From a virus (Duplodnaviria > Caudoviricetes), in IMG/VR virus record IMGVR_UViG_3300032318_001009, positions 1-25,807 of that record: DNA of 25,807 nucleotides; one strand, written 5' to 3'. Position numbers and translations under genes: made by a program. Every line of letters begins with the position of its first letter. Position 1 is the stretch's first letter. Below, one piece after another: positions 8,990 to 17,001 of this stretch. A model generated the notes under the pieces. That model saw nothing but the letters and a program-made list of their open reading frames with translations, was not told the origin of the DNA and searched no databases.

Positions 8990-11281
8990 ATGGAATATCG
9001 TGAGTTCTGGGAGGCAGGATACAGCGTATTCGGCCTTCATGGCCGTGGCCCCGACGGAAAGTGCGAATGTGGCAACCCACACTGTCCAGAGAAGAGCCTG
9101 TTCAAACATCCACGCGTCAGCAACTGGCAGCACACGCCATGCTGGTCCGAGGAGCAGTTTGAGACGATGGAACTCATGGGCCACTTCAAGACGGGGTGGG
9201 GCCTCGTCCTAAACAAGGACACCGTGGTCGTTGACGTTGACGCCCGAAACGGTGGCCTGCAGGGTTATGCCGATCTTCTGGCTGACCACCCTGAAGTCGC
9301 AGGCTCTGGGCTGATTGTCGGCACAGGATCGGGCGGCGGATCAAAGCACCTGTATTTCACGGTGCCGAGTGGCACGTCTCTGGTGTCGAAACTCAACAAG
9401 TATAAGGGCATCGACTTCAAGAGCGGCGCGGCGTTTGTCGTGGGCGCTGGATCGATGCACGCCAGTGGTAATCGGTACGAGATTTTGTACGGGTCAATCG
9501 ACGACATCGACCAATGCCCCGCCAGCCTGCTGGACGCCCTGCGCGTGCCTGAGAAGCACCGCACCGAAGTGAATGGCATCGACATCGACGTGTCCCATCA
9601 AGACTTGGCTGACATGGCGTCACACGTCGATCTGTACGACGAGTATGAGGTTTGGGTTAAAGTGGGCATGTCGATTCACCATGCCTCTGGCGGGTCCGCA
9701 TTTGCCGTCTGGGACAAGTGGAGCGCGCAGAGCCTGAAATACGATTCTGACGAGATGCAGAAAAAGTGGCACTCGTTTGGCCGATCATCAAACCCCGTCA
9801 CCCTAGCCACGCTGGTCCACTACGCCGAGCAGGGCGGCTGGGTCAGGCCCGTCACCTTCACGCCAACCATTCAGTTTGAGGATGCGCCAGTCGAGGAAGC
9901 GGACCTTGTTGACATCGACATCAGCAACATCGACCTGTTGCGTCCCCCAGGCCTCGCTGGCCAGATCGCGGAGTGGATTGAAAGCAGATCGCGACGGAAG
10001 CGGGAAAGGCTTTCAGTCATGGGCGCGATCTTCGCGCTGGGGAACATCTGCAACAGCAAGTACGTCGATGACATGGACAACGTCACCTCAAACCTGTTTG
10101 TGTTCAACGTAGCGGGGTCTGGCAGCGGCAAGGAGGCCGTACAGGGCGCAGTCAAGGAAATCCACAAAATCTGTGACCTGTCGGCAGCCACGCACGGCTC
10201 AATCAAGTCAGAGCAAGAGATCGTCCGAAACCTCGTCAGAAACCAGCCCAGCTTTTACATCATTGATGAGATCGGGTTCTTCCTAAACAAGGTTAAGAAC
10301 GCGCAAGAGAAGGGCGGCGCGCAATATCTTGAAGGCATATTCGGCACGCTGATGTCGGTGTACTCCAAGGGTGACGAGTTTTTCCTGTTGAGTGGTGACA
10401 TGGGCGACGAGGTCAAATCCACCATGCGTAAGGAGATGATGCAGCTTGAGAAGGCGATTGAGGAACACGGGCCGAAGCCTGCGTTTGATCGGCGCATGGT
10501 GAGCCTGCAGCACCAGATCGACAACATTGATCAGGGAATTGAAAAGCCGTTTCTGTCGATGTCTGGTTTCACCACAAACCACAATTTTGACAACATGGTG
10601 ACCTTCGAGACGGCGACAAACGGGTTCATCGCCCGCGCCATCCTATGCACCGAGCGGGACACAACGCCACCACGTAAGAAAAATTGGCAGAAGATTGATA
10701 TGCCAGAGAAGATGCAGAACACCCTGCGCCAGATCGCGTCTGGGGGCAGCTTTGATATGACGGGTGGCAAAGGTGCGCGGATCGAATACTACGGGCCGAA
10801 GATCGTCATCCCGACATCGGCAGAGGCCCGCAAGATGCTCAATCAGGTGGCCGACGTGTTCGACATGCTGGCGGACCAGAACAAGTCTGGAGCGGGCCTT
10901 GAGGCGCTGTTTCTGCGTGGGTACGAGCAGGTGGCCAAGGTGTCATTCATACTGTCCATCCCCGAAGGGCTGCGCACCGAGCAGCATGTGCGTTGGGCCT
11001 ACGCCCTGATCAAGCGGGACATCATCGAGAAGATGCGCCTTGTGGTATCCAATGACCGCATGAAAGACGCCCCTGGCGAGGCTCTACGGGCGCGGATTGC
11101 AAACGCCATATCAGGCGACGAGGGTGAGACGCTGGGCGTGATCGTAAACAAGTGTCGCCCGTTCAAGCGCGCAGACATTGAGACGTGCCTGCAGAAGATG
11201 GTTGACGGTAGGCATGCCAAGACGCAGGACTCAATTCACAAGTTTACAAAGAAAACCATCACGCGGTACATCTTAGTGTGA
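8990..11281 (+). CDS. Bifunctional primase-polymerase with PriCT-2 and C-terminal P-loop (DUF3987-like helicase) domain
   Basis: AEP motifs 'CECGNPHC...KHP', 'VDVD', 'HLYF'. PriCT-2 'W.KVGMSIH...WDKWS...KY...KKWHSF'. P-loop 'AGSGSGKE' and Walker B 'IIDE'. Confidence 0.9.
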   Translation: MEYREFWEAGYSVFGLHGRGPDGKCECGNPHCPEKSLFKHPRVSNWQHTPCWSEEQFETMELMGHFKTGWGLVLNKDTVVVDVDARNGGLQGYADLLADHPEVAGSGLIVGTGSGGGSKHLYFTVPSGTSLVSKLNKYKGIDFKSGAAFVVGAGSMHASGNRYEILYGSIDDIDQCPASLLDALRVPEKHRTEVNGIDIDVSHQDLADMASHVDLYDEYEVWVKVGMSIHHASGGSAFAVWDKWSAQSLKYDSDEMQKKWHSFGRSSNPVTLATLVHYAEQGGWVRPVTFTPTIQFEDAPVEEADLVDIDISNIDLLRPPGLAGQIAEWIESRSRRKRERLSVMGAIFALGNICNSKYVDDMDNVTSNLFVFNVAGSGSGKEAVQGAVKEIHKICDLSAATHGSIKSEQEIVRNLVRNQPSFYIIDEIGFFLNKVKNAQEKGGAQYLEGIFGTLMSVYSKGDEFFLLSGDMGDEVKSTMRKEMMQLEKAIEEHGPKPAFDRRMVSLQHQIDNIDQGIEKPFLSMSGFTTNHNFDNMVTFETATNGFIARAILCTERDTTPPRKKNWQKIDMPEKMQNTLRQIASGGSFDMTGGKGARIEYYGPKIVIPTSAEARKMLNQVADVFDMLADQNKSGAGLEALFLRGYEQVAKVSFILSIPEGLRTEQHVRWAYALIKRDIIEKMRLVVSNDRMKDAPGEALRARIANAISGDEGETLGVIVNKCRPFKRADIETCLQKMVDGRHAKTQDSIHKFTKKTITRYILV

Positions 11282-11319
11282 AAATAGATGTTGACGGGGC
11301 AATTGCCACACGATAATAG
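11278..11319 (+). promoter_or_regulatory. Early-type promoter
   Basis: GTGAAAATAGATG-TTGACG-17-TAATAG. Palindrome GGCAATTGCC in the spacer. The upstream motif recurs at 16599 and 19983. Confidence 0.6.
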
Positions 11320-11360
11320 TTGAACCAGAGGCAATGGGCCTCGCCAATATGGAGATTACG

Positions 11361-11753
11361 ATGACACCTTCTGAAATTATGACTGCAGCAATGGCGTTGG
11401 AAGAAAAAATTGCAGCCAAAGGCTACTACATGCCTAAGGTTACGTCCTACATCCGTTGGATCGGATATGAACTTACCATCAATCTGGAATACCGCACGGC
11501 GGCTTGTGAATCCAGCAAGGACCAGTTTTACCACGGGACCGTGAAAGAAGGCTTTGAAGTGCTGTTTGCACGCGCAAATACCTTTGCTGACGGCCTTCCG
11601 TCCATCCAAGAGGCCAAGCGCAATGACTTCATCGCCTCGCTTGGCCGCATCATCGACAAGGGCCGTGAGATCGGCATCGAAGTCGAGTTCCTGAACCCGC
11701 TCACAGAAATGATGGGCAAGCTTTCCACCAATATCATCGAATACAAGGAGTAA
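11361..11753 (+). CDS. Hypothetical phage protein
   Basis: ATG 11361 preceded by GGAG; 130 aa. Confidence 0.75.
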   Translation: MTPSEIMTAAMALEEKIAAKGYYMPKVTSYIRWIGYELTINLEYRTAACESSKDQFYHGTVKEGFEVLFARANTFADGLPSIQEAKRNDFIASLGRIIDKGREIGIEVEFLNPLTEMMGKLSTNIIEYKE

Positions 11754-11755
11754 TG

Positions 11756-11908
11756 ATGATGGACAGATTTATGCTACTCGTCGCTGCGGCCCTCCAGGGG
11801 GCCGCGTCAAACACAACCCTGTCACCCACAGAGTTGGCGCAGCGCGCAATTGCCATTGCCCTTGAGGTGGGCAACCAGATGGCGGATGCTGATAATGAGT
11901 CCGAGTGA
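11756..11908 (+). CDS. Small hypothetical protein, not in ORF track (MMDRFMLLVAAALQG...DNESE)
   Basis: AGGAG RBS at 11746-11750 and open frame to TGA 11908. Fills the gap between two genes. Confidence 0.65.
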   Translation: MMDRFMLLVAAALQGAASNTTLSPTELAQRAIAIALEVGNQMADADNESE

Positions 11909-12101
11909 GGTTAAGGAGACACGCCACAGGCTGCTTCTGTCCGTCTCAGGGCTTGCGCAGATGCTGGACACCGACGCCTCTACCATCCGCAAGATGGAAT
12001 TAACCGAGGGCAGTTCTCAGCACCGAAAGCCAGCGCCACGGATGATCAGGCTGATGGATGCGTATATGCGTGGATACAGGCCGCACGATTGGCCAAAATA
12101 A
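11895..12101 (+). CDS. XRE-family HTH protein
   Basis: 'MSPSEVKETRHRLLLSVSGLAQML.TDASTIRKME...P' XRE pattern. Confidence 0.75.
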   Translation: MSPSEVKETRHRLLLSVSGLAQMLDTDASTIRKMELTEGSSQHRKPAPRMIRLMDAYMRGYRPHDWPK

Positions 12102-12104
12102 GTG

Positions 12105-12131
12105 AGGGGGGCATTTTTGCCCCCCTTTTTT
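12105..12131 (+). terminator. Intrinsic terminator between convergent operons
   Basis: AGGGGGGCA-TTTT-TGCCCCCCT stem-loop followed by a T-run. Confidence 0.85.
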
Positions 12132-12555
12132 ATTTATCTTCTTCGTACATCTCGGTCAGCAAAATTCCGATAAACTCGTCTATGCCCATATCTCCGCTAG
12201 GCATTTGCAGCAATATCCAATCCACCACGTCGCGCTTTAGATGCAACAGGCATTTTGGTATTGTGGAGATGCCGACCATTTGACAACACCTGTCTAACTC
12301 CATTCGCGTTTGCTTAGATATTTCATAGATAGTGCTGCCGTCCAACCACATGCGACGTGCGCGCTTTGAGGCATTCCCCCATTCATGTGAGGGAACGCTC
12401 CGCAGCCTGATATATTGCACGTTGTTGTCTACGCAGATGCGCCTTACCCTGTCATAGGACAGGCCGAGGATTGCCGCAGACTGCTTGAGGGTGTGCGTGG
12501 TGAGTACCGCCAACTCTTCGGGCGTCGGCGGTGGCCGTTTGTGCTGCGGCATCAA
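12130..12555 (-). CDS. Hypothetical protein, probable HTH DNA-binding
   Basis: 'TLKQSAAILGLSYDRVRRIC' plus a second HTH-like segment 'GSTIYEISKQT'. ATGA coupling. Confidence 0.6.
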   Translation of the reverse strand: MMPQHKRPPPTPEELAVLTTHTLKQSAAILGLSYDRVRRICVDNNVQYIRLRSVPSHEWGNASKRARRMWLDGSTIYEISKQTRMELDRCCQMVGISTIPKCLLHLKRDVVDWILLQMPSGDMGIDEFIGILLTEMYEEDK

Positions 12556-12791
12556 GATACCCGCCAGTTCCGCGTCACGCCATCAACGGTGCGGCAGGAG
12601 ACTTTCCACCCATGTTTTTTCCCATAATTGCAAAACGTTGAGTGAACCGTTCGAGCAAATCGCTTCTCTTCTGGGGTATTGGCTGCTAAAGCAAAGCTGT
12701 CGCCAGCCACCATGCACTTGAAAATCTCATAAAACTCCGTGTGCTTGTGGCGCGGCAGTCCCACGGGTATTCCTTTTTCGATCTTGATCAT
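12552..12791 (-). CDS. Small phage protein (MIKIEKGIP...M.AGDSF...WRV)
   Basis: Recurrent phage small-protein pattern. ATGA overlaps at both ends. Confidence 0.75.
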   Translation of the reverse strand: MIKIEKGIPVGLPRHKHTEFYEIFKCMVAGDSFALAANTPEEKRFARTVHSTFCNYGKKHGWKVSCRTVDGVTRNWRVS

Positions 12792-12988
12792 TCAATTTCT
12801 CCTGATTCGATTGTGGTTTTGATGCAGCGAATCATTTCAATCTCAAGGCCGTCGGCCTCAAGTTCTTCGCGCATTGGCATGATGTTTTCGCCGCAGATGC
12901 TGCTGCTGCTAAAAGGCAAGAACGTCTCGTAGCCTTGAAATGGGCCAGCGCCAAAGGTGATGACCATGATGGTCCAGATGGTGATCAT
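12788..12988 (-). CDS. Small hypothetical protein with hydrophobic N-terminus and a Cys pair
   Basis: 66 aa; ATGA overlaps; GGAG RBS. Confidence 0.7.
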   Translation of the reverse strand: MITIWTIMVITFGAGPFQGYETFLPFSSSSICGENIMPMREELEADGLEIEMIRCIKTTIESGEIE

Positions 12989-13389
12989 TCTGTTTTCTCC
13001 AGTTTAGCCAGCACGGCGCGGGCGAATTTTATCGCATCATAGCCATGCTCAATTGGATCAGTTAATCCCTTAACCGAAACGACATAGCGCAGCGCCTCCA
13101 TAGCCTTAGCCAGCTTGGCCTCTGCTGTTTCGGTGCGTGCCTGCAGGATGTTGATCTCCCCGCGCTGGTTGACGATCTTCTGCTCGGCCTCAAAGCTGGC
13201 CGTGTCTAAACTCTGCGCGTCACTGATTTTGCGCGCCTGCCCATTACGTTCTGATTTGTATCGCAGGGCGCGGGCATCGGCTTCAGCCACTTCCTTCACT
13301 AACTCCTTAATGCGGTTTGCGGCAATTTCTGCTACCTCATTTAACTGCACATCAGAGAGCAGCCTGTTAATCAGTTCTTCATCTGTCAT
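12985..13389 (-). CDS. Coiled-coil accessory protein (Ea22/ead-like architecture)
   Basis: 'MTDEELINRL...AANRI.EL...AEAKLAKAMEALR...ARAVLAKLEKTE'. Confidence 0.65.
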   Translation of the reverse strand: MTDEELINRLLSDVQLNEVAEIAANRIKELVKEVAEADARALRYKSERNGQARKISDAQSLDTASFEAEQKIVNQRGEINILQARTETAEAKLAKAMEALRYVVSVKGLTDPIEHGYDAIKFARAVLAKLEKTE

Positions 13390-13419
13390 TCTGTTTTCTC
13401 CAGTTCATCCAGCACGGCG
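12985..13419. repeat. Direct repeat at gene boundaries (34 nt, 2 mismatches: 12985-13018 and 13386-13419)
   Basis: TCATTCTGTTTTCTCCAGTT(TAG/CAT)CCAGCACGGCG. A second exact 21-mer, AGCCTTAGCCAGCTTGGCCTC, lies at 13102-13122 and 13476-13496. Confidence 0.9.
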
Positions 13420-13799
13420 TCAGCGGTATTACAAACACCTTTTTCTTTAGATACATAAGACCGCAACGCCTTCACAGCCTTAGCCAGCTTGGCCTCGGCG
13501 GCTTCTTCGCGCTCACGCCAAAACTCCTCGCACTCCACCTTCCAACGGTGATTATCGTTTTCCAATCGCGCCAACTTCGCCTCTGCGTCTTCAGCGCGAG
13601 TCAGCGCCACATGGTTGTCAGTCACAACCCGCAACAGGGCGTCACGCTCCAATTCTAACTGAATGGCGCGGGCTTCTGCGTTTGCGCTGCCCATCATTGC
13701 ACTGTGCAGCAAGGCGTTCTGCCGCATCGCCTCGTTCTGCCAGTTTGGTTCGATTGGCACTGGCGCGCCAAGTTCGTTTGGGTATTTGATGTGTGTCAT
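13386..13799 (-). CDS. Coiled-coil accessory protein sharing C-terminal modules with the neighbouring gene
   Basis: Start reassigned to ATG 13799 (ATGA overlap). 'AEAKLAKAVKALR...AVLDELEKTE'. Confidence 0.7.
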   Translation of the reverse strand: MTHIKYPNELGAPVPIEPNWQNEAMRQNALLHSAMMGSANAEARAIQLELERDALLRVVTDNHVALTRAEDAEAKLARLENDNHRWKVECEEFWREREEAAEAKLAKAVKALRSYVSKEKGVCNTADAVLDELEKTE

Positions 13800-14023
13800 T
13801 TGAAGAAACTCCGTGAAAACGCGAGAAACGTGGCGACAAAACAGATTGGTCCAAAACCACTGAATATGACGAACAGTGGTATCGACATGTGATCCAGCAG
13901 CGGCGCATCCATCGGATACTTGTTTCCATATATTCGATGTAGTTCTCGGCGCACAACGTAGTGCATGTGAAGTACGCCAGCACACCCTGTGACGACCCAC
14001 AGCATAATCAAAATTTCAGTCAT
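13796..14023 (-). CDS. Small membrane protein (two hydrophobic segments)
   Basis: 75 aa with hydrophobic N- and C-terminal segments. AGGAG RBS. Overlaps the VUT stop. Confidence 0.65.
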   Translation of the reverse strand: MTEILIMLWVVTGCAGVLHMHYVVRRELHRIYGNKYPMDAPLLDHMSIPLFVIFSGFGPICFVATFLAFSRSFFK

Positions 14024-14552
14024 TTCTTCTCTCCTTTACACCCATTCCTTGATAAATTATAAAGTAAACTGCAGCGGCCAAGGATGCCCAAATCTTTCCC
14101 AAGATTTGCCCGCCGATAAAATCCATTGACCCAAATGCCAGCCACAGAAACACCGCACTATCAACCGCCGAGCCTGCAATTCCAGATAACAAAACCGCCA
14201 GCGCCAAATGCTTACGCTGCAGCGGCGCGTAAACAGCCATGTCAATCAACTCCGACAAGAGAAACGCTGCAACTGATGCTATTACCAATGCTGGCGGCGC
14301 GAATTGGATCGAAATAACTGCTCCAGCCGCAATTGCTCCTATAGCCCATTTTGCGCCTAATGACCGATGCACAATATCACGCAAAACCAGCGCGATACCA
14401 ATCATTAATACACCACTGGGAGCTGATAACCCTAATCCTACAGGCACCAAACAAGGACCACTCGGGATGCAATTCCCAACATGACCAATCATCCAATTTG
14501 CCGCTGGTATTGTCGCGGCATAAGCCGCCAATGCTAAATATCCAGTTTTCAT
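14016..14552 (-). CDS. VUT (Vut_1/YhhQ-family) transporter, putative queuosine-precursor (preQ0/preQ1) importer
   Basis: Multi-pass hydrophobic protein with 'LRDIVHRSLG', 'ASVAAFLLSELID..VY..L', 'S...GSAVDS.VF..LAFG', 'GQILGK'. Start 14552 gives an ATGA overlap with the TGT-like gene. Confidence 0.8.
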   Translation of the reverse strand: MKTGYLALAAYAATIPAANWMIGHVGNCIPSGPCLVPVGLGLSAPSGVLMIGIALVLRDIVHRSLGAKWAIGAIAAGAVISIQFAPPALVIASVAAFLLSELIDMAVYAPLQRKHLALAVLLSGIAGSAVDSAVFLWLAFGSMDFIGGQILGKIWASLAAAVYFIIYQGMGVKERRND

Positions 14553-15232
14553 ATCGCTAAATCCATTTGGGTTGGGCGCGGTGTCCAGTGCGCGGGGGTT
14601 TGCATCGAATCCCATCTGTCGGCCATTTTGCGGGCGGATCGGTGTGGTAGATGGTGGTTTTGGGCTATGTCTGTGCTATCAACGGACGCAAACGGATAGT
14701 GCATGCCAGAGAGTTGCATTCCGCGCAGCATATGCACCCAAGGCAGTTTTGCATGACGCTGGCAAATCTCATTCCATGCATCATCAATTCTGGCGCACCA
14801 AGTTGGTGATAAGACTGTTGCGTATTCCGCAGTTGACCCGATGCACACACGGCCCCAATCATCGCAAAGGCGCAGAAGGCGCGTTATAGGTTCGTCCATA
14901 TGCCAGACGGGTGCGCCACGTTGCCCATGCGGCCATTCGCGCAATAGGGCGTCTTGCTCTTGCGTCCCCGCGTCAATCACATCTGGAATGACCGCCCATG
15001 TGGTCGGGTGTGAAAGCCACTCGTCGCACCATTCATAATATTTGGCCCAATTCGTCGCCTTGCCACTTTTCCATTTTGAAAACGCCCCATTGTCCAGCAT
15101 GACGCTTTGGCCAATTTGGTGCGCTCTTGCCACATCATCTGGTCTCATGTGTGACACACAGAAATTGCGGCCTGCCATTTCTGATAAAAGCACATTTACT
15201 GGCGTAATCGGTGTGCCATGATAATGGATCAT
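14549..15232 (-). CDS. TGT/DpdA-like transglycosylase-fold protein (MIHYHG family)
   Basis: Ordered motifs LDNGAFS, IPDVI, PVWH, CIGS, VHMLRG, ASVDST parallel the TGT barrel motifs (DSGGF, substrate Asp, Gln/His, IGG, HxxG, nucleophile Asp). No CxCxxC zinc site. Confidence 0.65.
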   Translation of the reverse strand: MIHYHGTPITPVNVLLSEMAGRNFCVSHMRPDDVARAHQIGQSVMLDNGAFSKWKSGKATNWAKYYEWCDEWLSHPTTWAVIPDVIDAGTQEQDALLREWPHGQRGAPVWHMDEPITRLLRLCDDWGRVCIGSTAEYATVLSPTWCARIDDAWNEICQRHAKLPWVHMLRGMQLSGMHYPFASVDSTDIAQNHHLPHRSARKMADRWDSMQTPAHWTPRPTQMDLAI

Positions 15233-15543
15233 TTCTTCTCTCCAGTCAGGGCGAGTATTTCTTCCTCTGCATCAGCGCAATAAAGCCATTTCTGAATTAC
15301 CTTATACGCCTCACGCAGCGCAGCCTCACGGATGTCGGCTGGGTCAACAGCACGGGTGTTCCATGCGGAAATGGCTTTATCTTTATCTGCAAAATACCCG
15401 TAGCCTAGCATAAAGATTCCCCCGTGGCATTCGGGGTATCGGCAAGAAACTGCATAAGAATCTCGTCCATCATAATCCGTGCGGCAGATCATGTTCTTGT
15501 CACCCCCACAGAACGGGCAGGGTTTCAGGTCAGGTGCGGTCAT
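15229..15543 (-). CDS. Lar-family restriction alleviation protein
   Basis: 'LKPCPFCGG...V.C...C...A.S.WNTRA'. Confidence 0.8.
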   Translation of the reverse strand: MTAPDLKPCPFCGGDKNMICRTDYDGRDSYAVSCRYPECHGGIFMLGYGYFADKDKAISAWNTRAVDPADIREAALREAYKVIQKWLYCADAEEEILALTGEKK

Positions 15544-15716
15544 GGATCAACCTCATTGATATGCCCAACAAACGGGACATCCACCCATTCGCTTCGGCCT
15601 GTTTGAACGTCGATAAAACATTGCTGTAGTATCTTTTGTGTGAAAGCCTGCGGGCTGGTAGACTTGTCCACAAAGCGCAGCCGCATTGTTGGGGTCAGTG
15701 TTTTAGTTTCGGTCAT
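15540..15716 (-). CDS. Small phage protein, not in ORF track (58 aa; ...MRLRFV...ILQQ...EWVDVP...)
   Basis: Open frame with ATGA overlaps at both ends that exactly fills the gap. Confidence 0.75.
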   Translation of the reverse strand: MTETKTLTPTMRLRFVDKSTSPQAFTQKILQQCFIDVQTGRSEWVDVPFVGHINEVDP

Positions 15717-16054
15717 GCCAATGCCCTCACGATGGCGAGGAACAGCGCGTCTTTTTTCCGCTGAAACTCTGGCAGGTCATCATACTGGACCATGCAAGGG
15801 TGCGTCTTAGCAACAGGGTCTTTGACCTCGCCATATACCCAGCCGTCTGCGATTTTGTCTGCCATCCAGTCGCTATGGCTCTCCGCTGCCGTGGCGTCTG
15901 GATAAATCAGCGCATGATAAACCCCATTAATGGCGCTTTCGATCTGCCAGTCGGGCGCGTCTTCCCAAGCTGGCTGGGTGTGATCGTCATTGGCATTGCA
16001 CCATGAGCGGTTTGCATCATGGCACACTTTAGCAATCAGGCTGATGTTTTTCAT
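15713..16054 (-). CDS. RyR (ryanodine receptor repeat) domain protein
   Basis: 'H..WM..K...GWVYGEVKD...KTHPC.V.YDDLPE.QR.KD' RyR signature. Confidence 0.85.
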   Translation of the reverse strand: MKNISLIAKVCHDANRSWCNANDDHTQPAWEDAPDWQIESAINGVYHALIYPDATAAESHSDWMADKIADGWVYGEVKDPVAKTHPCMVQYDDLPEFQRKKDALFLAIVRALA

Positions 16055-16293
16055 TTCATTCTCCTTAGGACTGATGCGGCTTGTGGCATCCCAGCCTCTT
16101 CTAAGGCAAGGATGCAGGTGATGTTCGGGGCCACGATCTTGGTGGCGGTGCGGTCGGCCAAGAAATCAATCTCAGCCGACAGCGTGGCGATCTTCTTCTC
16201 CAGATCGCGGATGATGTCGTCGTGGCGCTCAATGTGTGCAAGCGCCAAGAGGGACAGGGCCGACCCATCGGTCAGCAGGGCTTTGTGGATCAC
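16051..16293 (-). CDS. Hypothetical protein
   Basis: 80 aa; GTGA/ATGA overlaps; GAGG RBS. Confidence 0.65.
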   Translation of the reverse strand: MIHKALLTDGSALSLLALAHIERHDDIIRDLEKKIATLSAEIDFLADRTATKIVAPNITCILALEEAGMPQAASVLRRMK

Positions 16294-16535
16294 GCTGCCA
16301 CCTCTGGGAACAAACCCAACACTTTGTTACCCGCGATGATTTCCACCATGCGCTCGGTCGTGACGTTGCCGATGTCAAAGTCTTCGGAAACCTCAAGCGC
16401 CACCGTTTCAGGGCCGTGGCCCGATGCGTTCAGCCGAGCGCGGGCGAAGCTGATCGCGTTTTCGGCGGGGAAGTTTGCCGACGTATGAATGATGCGCCAG
16501 TGGGTTTTCTGGTTCTGCGCAACGATATGTTTCAT
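16290..16535 (-). CDS. Hypothetical protein, first gene of the leftward accessory operon
   Basis: 81 aa; AGGAG RBS. Confidence 0.75.
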   Translation of the reverse strand: MKHIVAQNQKTHWRIIHTSANFPAENAISFARARLNASGHGPETVALEVSEDFDIGNVTTERMVEIIAGNKVLGLFPEVAA

Positions 16536-16567
16536 TTTTCACTCCTAATGTTAATGTCCGTTCGGTC

Positions 16568-16647
16568 CTTGTATGACGTGAAAATAGTTTCGTCAACAGT
16601 GAAAATAGTTGTTGTTATGTCAATTATTATAATTTATATAGATCACA
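16568..16647. promoter_or_regulatory. Divergent promoter region
   Basis: Minus strand TTGACG-17-TACAAG (16596-16568). Plus strand TTGTTA-17-TATATA (16612-16640). Direct repeat GTGAAAATAGTT at 16578-16589 and 16599-16610. Confidence 0.6.
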
Positions 16648-16684
16648 TGAGGCAGTGAGCCTCGCCAACCAGATGGAGATTAGA

Positions 16685-16957
16685 ATGACCGTTACCCTTG
16701 CAGACCGTTACGCCGCCCTCAAGAACGCCGCAGACACGGCAACCAAGGCGCTGGATGCGCTGAAGGCCGAGATCAAGGCCATGGGCGTGGAAACCATCGT
16801 CGGGGTCACCTGTGACCTCAAATTGAGCCTGTCCGAGCAAATGCGTCTCGACGCTTCGTTGCTCAAGAACTTCCTGACCGACGCCGAGATCGAACTGTGC
16901 AAAAAGCCTGTGCTGGTCGAGACGATCCGCGTCAAAGCAAAAGGCTTGGTAGAGTAA
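16685..16957 (+). CDS. Hypothetical early protein (N-terminal coiled coil)
   Basis: ATG 16685 after GGAG; strong GC3 codon bias. Confidence 0.8.
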   Translation: MTVTLADRYAALKNAADTATKALDALKAEIKAMGVETIVGVTCDLKLSLSEQMRLDASLLKNFLTDAEIELCKKPVLVETIRVKAKGLVE

Positions 16958-16962
16958 TCAAC

Positions 16963-16980
16963 TGGGGGCTTCGGCCCCCA
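16963..16980 (+). terminator. C(UUCG)G hairpin; weak terminator or mRNA stabiliser
   Basis: TGGGGGC-TTCG-GCCCCCA directly after the stop. No immediate U-tract. Confidence 0.6.
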
Positions 16981-17001
16981 CCATCATTTATGGAGAGAGA
17001 T

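Noticed and set aside
11786-11805. Hairpin GCGGCCCT-CCAG-GGGGCCGC as a terminator
   Set aside because: Lies inside a plausible small ORF and has no U-tract. Could be chance in GC-rich codons.
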